Both the position numbers and the translations under genes were made by a program. From assembly GCA_965644295.1 (NCBI GenBank), contig CBFFRP010000433.1:186001-250000 (forward strand): a stretch of 64,000 bases of DNA, given 5' to 3'. The stretch comes from Paraphysomonas bandaiensis. Its lineage: Eukaryota > Protista > Chrysophyceae. The notes beneath the pieces were generated by a model, which saw only the letters and a program-made list of their open reading frames with translations, ran no database searches and was not told where the DNA came from. Positions 26,893 to 39,973 of this stretch are shown here, one piece after another (the stretch's first letter is position 1; every line of letters starts with the position of its first letter).

Positions 26893-29322
26893 CTGTGTAC
26901 CTCTCTCGTAAACAGCCCCGTTTGAGAGCACTGTATTATAGTACATAACACACTTACAGACGACTCCATTTCTATATTGACTATTGGTCATTTTCACAAT
27001 TAAGATCGTTAAGAGAAATTTACTGTAATCAAACTAGACAGACTCTTTTTTAAATTGCTTACACAATTGTGTGTGTTGTCATGTAAAACATGTCATCAAC
27101 ATGATAAATTATTTCGTTCATGTCTAGCACTGCTCAACTTCCGTAGCTTGAATCGTCATGATACAATACTTCAATTTTACAGCTATAGCTATATAGTATC
27201 TTTAAAGTTTGACTACGTAATACTGCTTTTCACATTATATTTATTAACGTTCGTATTCTACAGTACTATCTTAGAGAACCATGCGTATTCCAACATTATT
27301 TGTGGTCCTTTCGAGGTATTTTTCTACCGATGGCTCTCTATTTTGTGCCACTCTTGTATCCGTTTATTAGCCGGGCCTCGGAATCACTTTCGTCATCAGA
27401 ATCGGCAGTATCTTTGTCTGAATTTAAAAATTATCATTTTTCCAAACTTTGGAAGATCTGAATCAGATGATGATGTATCTGGAATTCTGTTAACAACCTT
27501 GTCGACCAACAACTCCTCTTCCTCAGACAACTCAGAAGCGGAATCTCTAAGTAATTAGCTATAATATAACTGTATTGCTTCAAGTGTCTTTTATGATATA
27601 TATACTAATTAATGTTGGAATGCTTGTTTAGATGCTCTCCGAGCCAGTAATATTTAGTAATGTGGGAAGCAAGTATCAAATGAACTGCAAATCCTTTAAG
27701 ATGGGGTTTAATTTCGTTACCAACCATTTTCAGTAAATTGTTTCGTGTGTGTGAGATCGCTGCGTGTTGCTGTCATTAGTCTGCATTTTAATTAATATAA
27801 AGATAAGTTAGACTTGAATTGAAGATATACTTGAATTTTTTTCTGTCAAAATGGCGGCTTTGTGTATTGTCTTGGTATGCGTAATTATATGCGAGTACAG
27901 TCAGTATGATTATAGGTTTATATATCTAAAATTGGGTAGTAGGTTGAATCCTTTATTCTCTTGACTAGATTTTGCAACCAAATATAGTGTGACTATAGGT
28001 TTGTCAACCAAATTGACAGGTAGGTTAAATAATGTTTCCCAATACTTTTTCAGCATTAGTATTGTGGATTTTTTAAAAAAGTCGGTGTGATCATGAAACC
28101 TGGTAAAGTGATTTCACCAGGTTTCATATATGCAAAAATGTTGTATATGTACTTATTTGAAGACTAGGGTGAATGATAATTAAAATTTAGTTGTTTGTAT
28201 ATTTTCAATTATAATATATTTTAAAAATATTTTACTAAAATATTGTATTATATTGTTACTTTTCATATAAATCTACTGTATTACTACTTCTGAAAATCTC
28301 GCATCAACGTAACTATATATACACATACAACACATGATTAGGTACTATACTACTTTAAATATAATACCATAAATGAAACACAGTGTGGTTTCTAGCTACT
28401 TACGGCAGGTTAAAGGTTACATGAAATGCCTTCGAAGCACGAAGCTTTCGTAGTAACAGTCCTTTCTTCTGCATCATGACAGACAGACTGATACACACAC
28501 GTACATCCAAATGCTGCAGAGCTGATACCATTCTCAGATGACACTCTTTCTACGTAGTTCAGAGCTGCAGGCTTATGACCACCTTCCAGAAAGGTCACAT
28601 GATGTATCTTTATGGCAGTGTTTGGTCACGAGGCTGTAGCACAGAGCCTCTACAGTGGATTGAGGAGAGTGGACTCGTGTGGAGAGGTCCAACAAGTACA
28701 AACAGACAAAACAATATACCATCATTTGATTGTGCACGTTAGAACACTATGCAACGTCAGTGTCAGTGCATCTGCGATATAGTTGTGGAGAGGATATACT
28801 TACATATCGTATCCTTGTCCCCTATGGAGGTTCAGCATCTCTCTCACATCCACTGTATGAGGCTCAGTGCTACAGCCTCGTGACCAAACACTGTCATGAA
28901 GACCTTCCTGGAAGGCAGTTATAAGCCTGCAACTCTGAACCACATAGTAAGAAGTGTTATCTGAGACTGGTATCAGCTATGCGGCATTCGGATGTATGTG
29001 TGTGTGTCTGTCTGTCTGTGTGCTCAGGAGGTGTGATCCACACAACAATGAACACCTCATCCGATAAACCACACCTCCTGAGCACTCCTCACTGTCATCA
29101 ACAATGTCACCATATTAACATCAGAAGATACTGACTCTGAAGATCCATCCCTCTATATGTATGTGTATGTGTGTGTCTGTCTGTCTGTGTGCTCAGGAGG
29201 TGTGATCCACACAACAATGAACACCTCATCCGATAAACCACACCTCCTGAGCACTCCTCACTGTCATCAACAATGTCACCATATTAACATCAGAAGATAC
29301 TGACTCTGAAGATCCATCCCTC

Positions 29323-29354
<32 letters not shown>

Positions 29355-29669
29355 TGTATGTATGTATGTGTGTGTGTGTGTGTTAAGTTATGCATATGTA
29401 TTATGGTCGTGTTGTAGTCACTGCTCGTGCAGTGTGGTTGCGGTGTAGTGTGATGCACACCGCGTCCTCACCACACACTCATGACGCGTGTTCGATTCTC
29501 TTGTGGGGTGTTTTTGGTCAAATTCAAATTTTTTTTGTACGTGTTTTTCTATATGTTATGCGGCGCTTGATCTGTGGGGTGATCTGAGAGCATATTTGAA
29601 AATGCACTTCACTCACAATCATTCATATCATCATTATCACACCCCACTACCACACTAACACAACACCAT

Positions 29670-30270
29670 AGTGTATGTTACGCGTTGCCCTGGCTCATAA
29701 TCTGCTCCGTATGGTTCAGCATGTGCATGTGATGGCATCTGGTTCATACTTGTATATGTATGACTGTATATAGCGAATTAGAAATGCATCTAGCAGAGTG
29801 TGAGTCATTCTTTTGCCCCTGCACAAACTCTGCAACCGGCAGCTGAACGGGGTTTCACTGCAGGATGTAGCTTGTGCTGAGCGATGGCAATGAATGTTCA
29901 CTTGTATAATAGTGTATGTTACGCGTTGCCCTGGCACATATTCTGCTCCATATGGCCATATGGTTCAGCATGTGCATGTGATGGCATCGGTTTCATACCG
30001 TATATGTATGGCAATATAGCTAGAAAAGCATGTATTTTTGTACGTGGTGTGATTCATTTTTTTGCCCCTGCACAAACTCTGCAACCGGCAGCTGAACGGA
30101 GATTCACTGCAGGATGTAGCTTGTGCTGAGCGATGGCATTAAAAGTTTCACCTGTATATAAGTGTATGTTACGCTTTGCCCTGGCACATATTCTGCTCCA
30201 TATGACCATATGGTTCAGCATGTGCATGTGATGGCATCAGTTTCATACCGTATATGTATGGCAATATTAG
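29670..30270. repeat. ~240-250-bp diverged tandem repeat, about 2.5 copies
   Basis: agtgtatgttacgc.ttgccctggc starts units at 29670, 29911 and 30161. Confidence 0.85.
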
Positions 30271-30996
30271 CGCAGTAGCAAACTACGAAGATTCCCTTTC
30301 TAATACGTCATCGACTCGTTATTGAGAGGTGTCAAAAGTGATGAATGAACTGTTGGCTCTATTGAATACTTATGGCTCGACATATTGCTGTATCATATGC
30401 GTGTGTCAGCTGGTCGTATTTATGATCTGACAGAGTAAGTCCTATACTTAGTATTAAGCGGATATATTTAGTATGATGCCTATATCCATTGTTGTACTCG
30501 TATATAAAAGCTGTGTTTGGTCCTGGCACATTCGGTACCCATAGTGGGTGGCAATTCACTATGCACTATGTCGTACACTTGTGCAGTTGTATATATTTAT
30601 GTTTATGTTGCATGATGGCTTATTTCAGGAGATGCTCTAGTTATGCTTTTAATCATTTTATTATGGTTTGTAGGTATGTGTCAAAAGTTATGAAAGAACT
30701 GTTGGCTCTATTCAGCTGGTCGTCTTCATGATCTTCTAACAGAGTAAGTCCTGCATTGAGTATAAGGAAATATTGTATTAATGTTGCCTGTCATGGTATT
30801 ACATACGTATCTCTCACGAGACACTTTCTCTGTCCTGACACATTCAGGGCCCACAGTTGGGTGGCGATTCACTATGTCGTATTCTTATGCAGCTGTGTAG
30901 ACCTCCATAGATCGTATATATGTGTGCTATGTATATGTGTTGTATGATGGCTTATTTCAGGAGATGCATTCGTTATGCTTTTAATCATTTCGGTAT

Positions 30997-32292
30997 GGTT
31001 TGTAGGTTACTGTAGTCATCATGAAAGACCCGTTTGCTATGCTCAACACCTATGTATCAGTTTGTTGCTGCATCACCTGCATGATGACGTGTGCATGTGA
31101 GGCTGTTTCTTGTATATCGAGTAGTCATTGGTGAGGAGGGTGATGACATGTATCTCGTTGCTGGAAAGGATTTTTCAGGCCTACGCAGTGTCGCACGGGT
31201 ATATGGAGAACATTATAAGTCGTTTGCAACGTAAGAGTCAGTGTGGACTGTCTAACAGGGTTGCAAATATCATCCACTGTAGTGCTATCAGACATATCAG
31301 ATCGCAAGATTATGATTGTTTGTGTAATGTACCTAATATTGAATGTAGCCCACTAGGGCAAGCCTCATATCCCTTCCAGTAATAGTGACAGTACTCCGAG
31401 GTGGTTTGTAGGTTACTGTAGTCATCATGAAAGACCCGTTTGCTATGCTCAACACCTATGTATCAGTTTGTTGCTGCATCACCTGCATGATGACGTGTGC
31501 ATGTGAGGCTGTTTCTTGTATATCGAGTAGTCATTGGTGAGGAGGGTGATGACATGTATCTCGTTGCTGGAAAGGATTTTTCAGGCCTACGCAGTGTCGC
31601 ACGGGTATATGGAGAACATTATAAGTCGTTTGCAACGTAAGAGTCAGTGTGGACTGTCTAACAGGGTTGCAAATATCATCCACTGTAGTGCTATCAGACA
31701 TATCAGATCGCAAGATTATGATTGTTTGTGTAATGTACCTAATATTGAATGTAGCCCACTAGGGCAAGCCTCATATCCCTTCCAGTAATAGTGACAGTAC
31801 TCCGAGGTGGTTTGTAGGTTACTGTAGTCATCATGAAAGACCCGTTTGCTATGCTCAACACCTATGTGTTAGTTTGTTGTGCATCACCTGCATGATGACG
31901 TGTGCATGTGAGGCTGTTTCTTGTATAGAAATCGTGATGCTTGTTCGACTGTTACAACCAGCAGAGTTCGAAATGCTTGTCTTGTGAAGTTTATCTTATC
32001 ATATTTCGAGTAGTCATTGGTGAGGAGGGTGATGACATGTATCTCGTTGCTGGAAAGGATTTTTCAGGCCTACGCAGTGTCGCACGGCTATATGGAGAAC
32101 ATTATAAGTCGTTTGCAACGTAAGAGTCAGTGTGGACTGTCTAACAGGGTTGCAAATATCATCCACTGTAGTGCTATCAGACATATCAGATCGCAAGATT
32201 ATGATTGTTTGTGTAATGTACCTAATATTGAATGTAGCCCACTAGGGCAAGCCTCATATCCCTTCCAGTAATAGTGACAGTACTCCGAGGTG
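30997..32292. repeat. 406-bp near-identical tandem repeat, 3 copies (third has ~77 extra bp)
   Basis: Identical spurious ORFs at 31128, 31534 and 32017. Unit begins ggtttgtaggttactgtagtcatcatgaaagaccc. Confidence 0.95.
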
Positions 32293-34016
32293 GGGTTATA
32301 ATGAGAATCCCACTAAAAGGAGTGGTGGGTAGATATAGATGCAGTTGATTCTGCATCTATTATTACTAGTGAATGTGCCAGAAGTTCTGTTGATTATCGC
32401 TTGATTAGCCATCAGAACTTTGCTATACATAGATACACAGCACTATAGTACGCATATATCATGTATAGTGTAACCGTTACATTCTCACATTTTTGGCCTG
32501 TAACTAATATAAAACTTATTAAATGTCTTTAAAAACATGTTCCCTTCACACCTACTGCAGTATTTATTGCAAAAAGCATCAAAAACTCAATATAAATCGA
32601 CATTTTCAAAATTTCACCAGTTTTAGAGCGCTTCTCCAGGTTTCTTCATCACATCAACTAAAGTAATAATGAATTACACTATTTTATCTTTTTACTCTAT
32701 CCCGCAAGAAAAGGATAGTACATCTTAGACGCTTCCTTTCAATTTTAGCACCTTTTTAGTTAATATACAAGTTCTCAATTTTTATAATTCACTGTAGAAC
32801 TCGAACTAAATCGGAAGGGGACATCATGGACTGCGATCCTTCATCGCAATTCAAATTTCAATAAAAATATATCATAGGGGTTGTAAAACATGTTTTACTA
32901 CAACCTATGAAAGTTATTTTAGGGAAGTACTACTATTTCTGGTGTATACCTCATCTGCTGTGTACCTCATATGTATTATATGTGATAATAATACTAGCAG
33001 CGTGATTTCAACTCAACTGAAGTTCCAGTACACAAGAGTTATAATTGTGTTGGTTAACCAACATCTTCTTTGGCTCTAACATTTTTTCCCCATTCTGAGA
33101 GCGTATCCTAGTGAAGTGCTAGTGTTGATTAGTAGAGGCTAAGTAACGTATAGATTATTAATAGAATCTTGGCGTATTCTTTTTGTGTGTCAGCGCCAAC
33201 AAGCAAGCTCTATTATATAGCTAGATCTACACTATACTTGCATATAGCCTATATGGGAATACGAGAAAACCCCACGCATTCTAGGGGAGGGGAGGCGGCC
33301 AAAGTCACAATAGCCCTATACTGAGTCATGCATGGTCACGAGAAGCTCCGCGTAATCTTTGTTAGGTAATGGGATGGTACACATGGTTCTACTAGAATCT
33401 GAGCGAATTACATATATAAAAGTCATGCATAGTTATGAGAAACACCGCGTAATCTTAGCAAAGGTAAACACGGGTGTCGCGTAATCTTAGAATCAGGTCC
33501 ATGCAGTCAACTACGTTGGTACACGGGTAGGCGGGTGGTAGAATCAGTGCTATATTTCGGTGTAATAGGTGGTATACCTGCCAGCCTACACTATGACTAC
33601 GCCCTCGAATACGTTAAGTATAAAGTATAACTAACTGCATTACTTTTTAGTCGGATAGTCTGGCAATAATACACGTCTATCAGCGTGGATATAAAACCCG
33701 GAATTCTCCAGTAAATTTCTTCAGCCTAAATCTAATAATATCATATAAGTATCATTCATCAATATCTTCATCATTATGCTTGCATTATCAATCATTATGT
33801 CTTTTCTTTGCCTTTTTAATAACAATATGTATCAATAATAAGCATAAATAGTCCTTGTCATAATATCTCAATAGAAGTCAATATGGAATGTAATAATAAT
33901 ACTAATAATTTAATATGTACACTCTTAAGCATATTATACAATCGAGAGAACATATATAGTGTAAAACGTCCAAGAGCTGGTTATTACATATAAGCCCGCT
34001 TTATAGGCAGAATACT

Positions 34017-35937
34017 TTATGGCTCTACTACATAAGATGTAGGATTAACTTTAGTATACGAAAAAGCTTTTGTGTATAGAACCCATGCAGCACCAGCAAC
34101 AATTCCAAGGCCACCAAGTGACACAAAAACAACCACTGTCAACGACAACTCCTCTGCACTGTCATCATTACTGGATACTTGCTTCCCCCCAGCAAATATA
34201 GGTAGCGAAGGTGCAGAAGTAGGCACCATGGATGGCACCGTAGTAGGTATACCACTTGGATAGCCAGTCGGTATAGAACTTGGTGTACAAGAAGGTATAC
34301 AACTTGGATAGCCAGTCGGTAAAGAACGTGGTGCACAAGAAGGTATAACACTTGGATAGCCAGTCGGTATAGAACTTGGTGCACAAGAAGGTATACAACT
34401 TGGATAGCCAGTCGGTAAAGAACTTGGTGCACAAGAAGGTATACCACTTGGATAGCCAGTCGGTATAGAACTTGGTGCACAGGAAGGTATACCACTTGGA
34501 TAGCCAGTCGGTAAAGAACTTGGTGCACAAGAAGGTATACCACTTGGATAGCCAGTCGGTAAAGAACTTGGTGCACAAGAAGGTATACCACTTGGATAGC
34601 CAGTCGGTAAAGAACTTGGTGCACTTGGATAGCCAGTCGGTATAGAACTTGGTGCAATTGGACTTCCAGTCGGCACAGAAGTAGGTGCACTAGGAACAAA
34701 GGTAGGTATGCTGGTGGGCGCACTTGTTGGAAGAAAATACTTTATGACTTGGTAGTAAGTAGGAAACAGACAATACGAACCATCACTAGCGCAGCCTCCA
34801 CCGAATGAGGTTCCAGTCATAGAAAAAGTGGTAATCTGCTCAGTTGAAATGTCATACATATAGAAGTACGAGAAATATCTCTGTTTCATAACAATTGTTG
34901 TATCGCCAGGAAGAATTTGCATAAAATGGGGCACATTAACCGAAATAGTGCTCATGGTACTAACTGTCACAGTGGACACAATGATTTTCCGAACTCTTCT
35001 GTAGTCAAGAATGTAAAGAATGGAAAAATCAGAATTAAAGGCCCCAGTTGAAGGATTATCAAAAATCGCGTTCGTTCCTATGCCATCTGAAGAGCCACTT
35101 CTATACAATTGTCCTGCCCAAATAGAAACTGAATTCGCATCAAAATCGATTTTCGTGATATAACTGTATTCTTCAGTAAAGCAGAGGATGTAGGAGTCAT
35201 CTGGACCAATAACTATATCCGATGCTACATTGTAACCTTCTATTGAATCGACTACAGAATTGGTTGCTAAGTCGAGTGTATAAACCCAATGATTACGCTT
35301 CGAATATACAGCAAATGTCCCGTCATTAGATATCTCAAGTGCAGCTAATGCATCATCTAATGAGACTATTGTTTTGACCTCGTAAGTTGTTAAATTAACC
35401 GAACGAATCCCCACGTATTGATCAACCACCAGTGCAAATGAATCATCTCGTGATAAAGTAAGACGTTCAATATTTTCAAAATTTGCATTCGTCCCAACTG
35501 TATAGTAATGTTGTGTTATACAATATACACTTATATTGTTATATATTTTATAGATATATATTGTTACATATAGTTACAGTGCTATATAGTGTATAGTTAT
35601 ATTGTTATATATTGTACAGTTATATTGTAAGATACTGTATGGCTATATCGATACATACGGTATGATTATATTGTTATATATAGTTATAGTGTTATATAGA
35701 GCATGGTTCTAAATAGTTACAGTGTTATATAGTGTATAGTTTTATAGTTGTATAGTTTATAGTTATATATAGTTAGTGTGTTATACTTTGTTATATATAT
35801 ACTGTATATACAGGCATCACTATACCTCCATCTTGAGATCCAAACGAACCATCCCCTGCAATAACCTCAGTGCCGTTTATACCATATGATAACTGCATGC
35901 TAATGAAGCATATGATAATAGTGAGAAGAGATAACAT
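34017..35937 (-). CDS. Type I membrane/surface protein: signal peptide, NHL-like beta-propeller, P/S/T stalk, C-terminal TM helix; 2 exons
   Basis: ATG 35937 MLSLLTIIICFISMQLSYG..IAGDGSFGSQDG|VGTNANF; AGQLYRSGSSDGIGTNAIFDNP; PTGYPSGIPSCAPSS repeats; TM LTVVVFVSLGGLGIVAGAAWVLY. Confidence 0.82.
34245..34655. repeat. 48-bp coding tandem repeat (~8 copies)
   Basis: cttggatagccagtcggta(a/t)agaacttggtgcacaagaaggtatac(c/a)a repeated. Confidence 0.95.
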
Positions 35938-35981
35938 ACTTGCAGGTGATAGTTTCAACTGTAAGTACCCTCCTATATACC

Positions 35982-36013
<32 letters not shown>

Positions 36014-36585
36014 CTATATATATCTATATATATCTATGTATATATACATATATATCTATGCATATATACATACATATGGCGGATGCATTAAGCCACATGC
36101 AAAGTAACGATCTTGCTTTTGAAATCGTATTCTAAGCATGCAGAGAGGATTAAATGGGAATAACCTCACAATCATTAGGAAAGGGGTATTTTTTCAAATT
36201 ATCCTGATTATTTATGGAAAATAATAAAAACCCTATATTTTTGAACAGCAGTACACGGTATTTGTGGTGTTGCTTAATAAAAAATTCGTTATAAAAATAC
36301 GGAATTTTCATATTTTTTTGAATGAAAATAGAAATTATTTGATCAAAAATCCAGTTTTTTATATTGACCACTATAGTTGTTGGAGTGTATGTATATACAG
36401 CAGTATACCGTATATACGATGTACCAGCAGTATAGAGTGAATACATACAGCATACAGCATACAGCACTATGATTGTGATGGGACGGACGTACAGCAGTAC
36501 ATAGATGTGTATGTATGTATATATATCATCATATGGCTGTCTTCTGGAAGCAAGTAATTCTAGTCCTGTTATAGACTTAGTTAAT

Positions 36586-36813
36586 ATGAAGAAAGTAATC
36601 GATGCAGTGAAATCTATTTGGGGATCAGGCCAACCCAGGTATTTCCATATTGCGGCCTGGGGGTTAGCATTGGGAGTGTTTGGAGGGTGGACATACTACA
36701 ATCAGAATTATGGAATTGTCGATATCAATGACTGGAATGAAAAGATTAAGGCAAAAGAGAAAAAAATGAAAGCTACTGAGAAAGTTGAAGGAGAGAATAG
36801 TAATGAAAAATGA
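36586..36813 (+). CDS. Small single-TM hypothetical protein (75 aa)
   Basis: MKKVIDAVKSIWGSG..IAAWGLALGVFGGWTYY..DWNEKIK has protein-like composition and an upstream TA-rich tract. Confidence 0.6.
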   Translation: MKKVIDAVKSIWGSGQPRYFHIAAWGLALGVFGGWTYYNQNYGIVDINDWNEKIKAKEKKMKATEKVEGENSNEK

Positions 36814-37198
36814 TTTAAAGTTTTAGAACATTCGGGTTATAAGTTAAAGTTGTTGCTTGTCGATTGCACTCAGGTAGTGTGAGTGTGGGTGGGTATTTGA
36901 ATGACTTTTCAAAAGAAGTTATGAAGAAACATATCAATTCCATTCACATTTACAATCTTCTACTCGCCAAGTTTCAAGTAACTCGTGTACCATAGTTTAA
37001 ATAATAATTATAAAATGACTATATATTGATGAGGTCAACTGATACTTTTATATATGGAGAGGGTATGCAGAAAATCCTGCAATCAATCGATATGCTACTA
37101 GATATGACTAGTGTAGTACGCACTCACATTGCATTTATTGTATTAACATATATACCCCTGGGATATCATATACTTCTCATAACTATATTAGAAGACAG

Positions 37199-38269
37199 CA
37201 GGGATAGGGAACAATATATTGTATTGCAATATATTGTACAATATATTGCAATATATTGTAAAATATATTGATTGGTGGACTGGTCAAATATTCCATCAAT
37301 AGTGTTTCTGTTAATAGAGCTCACAATACTATTGCAATATATTGCAATCAATATTATGATAGTCATATAAGAGAAGATCCTCAACTGTATGGTGCAAAAT
37401 ATACGCCTCTGTATACAAATATCCGGAAAATAAGAAAAAAAGCCTATTTTTGATGTTATTTTCTATTTTTTATGTATCGCCAGCTCAAACAGCACTCTAC
37501 ACCTCTCCACATGTATGTACAGTACTTCTCTTAATATAGTATATATATCCTATAGTGACAAGAAGAGACAACTGAATGATGAGTGCATACAAGAGTAGGG
37601 ACATTTACCGCTGTTTTTGGAGTCCGGTCGAAGGTGTCCCGAACAAACACGAGTGTAAAATCTGCGGACGTAAACGACAACAGAATATTCGGAATGGATA
37701 CAACAATCTAAAGGATCACACTTTCTCTCATGATGTGTGGGAGGAGACATTGAAGAGGTATTTACGGGGTGTGATCCTTTAGATTGTTGTATCCATTCCG
37801 AATATTCTGTTGTCGTTTACGTCCGCAGATTTTACACTCGTGTTTGTTCGGGACACCTTCGACCGGACTCCAAAAACAGCGGTAAATGTCCCTACTCTTG
37901 TATGCACTCATCATTCAGTTGTCTCTTCTTGTCACTATAGGATATATATACTATATTAAGAGAAGTACTGTACATACATGTGGAGAGGTGTAGAGTGCTG
38001 TTTGAGCTGGCGATACATAAAAAATAGAAAATAACATCAAAAATAGGCTTTTTTTCTTATTTTCCGGATATTTGTATACAGAGGCGTATATTTTGCACCA
38101 TACAGTTGAGGATCTTCTCTTATATGACTATCATAATATTGATTGCAATATATTGCAATAGTATTGTGAGCTCTATTAACAGAAACACTATTGATGGAAT
38201 ATTTGACCAGTCCACCAATCAATATATTGTACAATATATTGCAATACAATATATTGTTCCCTATCCCTG
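37199..38269. mobile_element. Foldback (inverted duplication) of the hAT family-1 left end including the BED-finger start of the transposase
   Basis: Arms 37199-37721 and 37769-38269 are reverse complements with a 47-nt loop; the right arm lacks 22 nt of subterminal repeats. ORF 37576-37782 (IYRCFW..HECKICG..NGYNNLKDHTFSH) is a BED zinc finger. No TSD. Confidence 0.92.
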
Positions 38270-38583
38270 ATATATACAGCCCTCTCTATAAAACATAACA
38301 TCCATTCTTCTACAAATAAGATAAAATTTATTTTAGTGCTTTCATAGCTTTTTGAATTCTTTTTTGTCTCCACTTGGAGTAGGACATCGATGACCCAGAA
38401 GTCCCATCGTTGTGGTTAGTACACATGAGCGCATCGTAGTTTGGACTAACGAAATATGCCACCGAAGTACGTTCAGAACATTGACTAGAGACACTTGACG
38501 ATTCCGTGGGGTGAGGTGGGACTACTGATTCTGGTAACACCGTATTACTTGTGTGAAATTGTCGAATGTTATAATATATATTA

Positions 38584-39570
38584 GGTGTACCCCTAGTTGG
38601 ATGTGCATCTCACCGACTAAATCTCGCTGTCAATGAACTCATTGGCAGCAAAGAGAAGAGGAATAACCAAGGAGATGTGACAAGATCTGACGAAGGCATT
38701 AGGCCTCTTATTCGCAAAGTAGACCTACTAATGGGGAAGTTGAAGCAGATTAAGAATGCTGCATTGCTACGTGGCCAAACCAGTCTGCTACCAGAAAGGG
38801 TAAATGTCACAAGATGGTCTTCTATGTTTCAGGTTCTCGTAAAGTGGATGCGTATAAAAGATCATGTATTAAAAATTGAAGACTTACCGCTTGCAGTTAC
38901 TGATATGATTCCTACTCCTCGACAGAATACCGAAATAATCGCCCTTGTAGACGACCTGAGGAAGTTTGAAAGCGTCTCGAAATTGCTTCAAACTGGAGGA
39001 TCAAGTCAAGTGAATCTTTATGAATGCCGGAACATATTTGATGGCTTATTGAGGGACTTTAGGCCAAAGTATCCACTATCTGCTTTACAGAAAAACAGTC
39101 CCATTGTTAATGATCCGAATTTCGAGAATGGAATTGCAAAACTCCAAGCAGGCGAAGAATTGGACTTGACAAGATCTGAGAAAGATGCTGTTAGAATATA
39201 TCTCCGTTCAGACAGTGATTATTGCAACAATACAGAGGATGATGAAGCTGAAGTTGGCTATGCGGAAAAAATTCTTCAATCAGCTCAAAAACTTAAGAAG
39301 CGAAAAGTTGAAATATCTAAGTACAGGTGCACGAGTCATGTAGTATGTACTTCCAATACGTGTGAACGCCTGTTCAGCGCAGCAAAACTGATTATATCAG
39401 TGTTGCGCAAACGTATGCATCCTACTACACTTAATATGCTGTTGTTTCTGAAAGCTAACCGACAGTTGTGGCCGGATGCAAGCATATTTCAATCAATATT
39501 GAATGAATATGGTGATGATGATGTCACCGATGATGGCTCAGAGGATGAGTATGAGGAAACTTTTAATTAA
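38584..39570 (+). pseudogene. hAT transposase C-terminal half (5' part lost or rearranged)
   Basis: GVPLVGCASHRLNLAV (CxxH), NVTRWSS, TSNTCERLFSAAK..HPTTLNMLLFLKAN (hATC dimerisation region). In-frame stop just upstream. Confidence 0.92.
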
Positions 39571-39973
39571 AGTCGAGGTAATACCAAAACCTGGTAAAGC
39601 AATTTCACCAGGTTTCATATATAAGTATTGAGTTATTATTTTACTGTAATTTGTATCTGAGAGGTTAAAGATAAAGAAAAAGTCGCAAGTATAGTTGTTA
39701 TTAGCAGTATTTATTGCGTTAAAAGTTGGCCCTGCTATTATTACTTGTGTTTTGTAATATCATATTCTCATATAGCTACACCTGCTTCGCTTGAGACTGC
39801 AAACGCTCCAACCGAATAGCCTGATTTCGGATACATTGCATACGCATATAGCCATCTTTACCACTACTACTTACAGTAGTATTAGTACCTATGCTCGGAA
39901 ACGACGCGGCAACAGCCGCTGGGGGCACATTGCTAGTAGGTGGAGGATCATAAGCAGGTGAAGGATCATAAGC

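Larger units (their letters stand above)
28079..32660 (+). mobile_element. ~4.6-kb non-autonomous TIR element related to 39570-44734, filled with tandem repeats
   Basis: Left end aagtcggtgtgatcatgaaacctggtaaagtgatttcaccaggtttcatatat; right end ccaggtttcttcatcacatcaacta (20/25 match as an inverted repeat). Several internal modules are shared with 39570-44734. No clear TSD. Confidence 0.72.

Noticed and set aside
31125-32271. Triplicated 84-aa and 60-aa ORFs
   Set aside because: By-products of the 406-bp tandem repeat with no recognisable domain.
34139-34723. Long alternative-frame repetitive ORFs
   Set aside because: Shadow frames of the 48-bp coding repeat.
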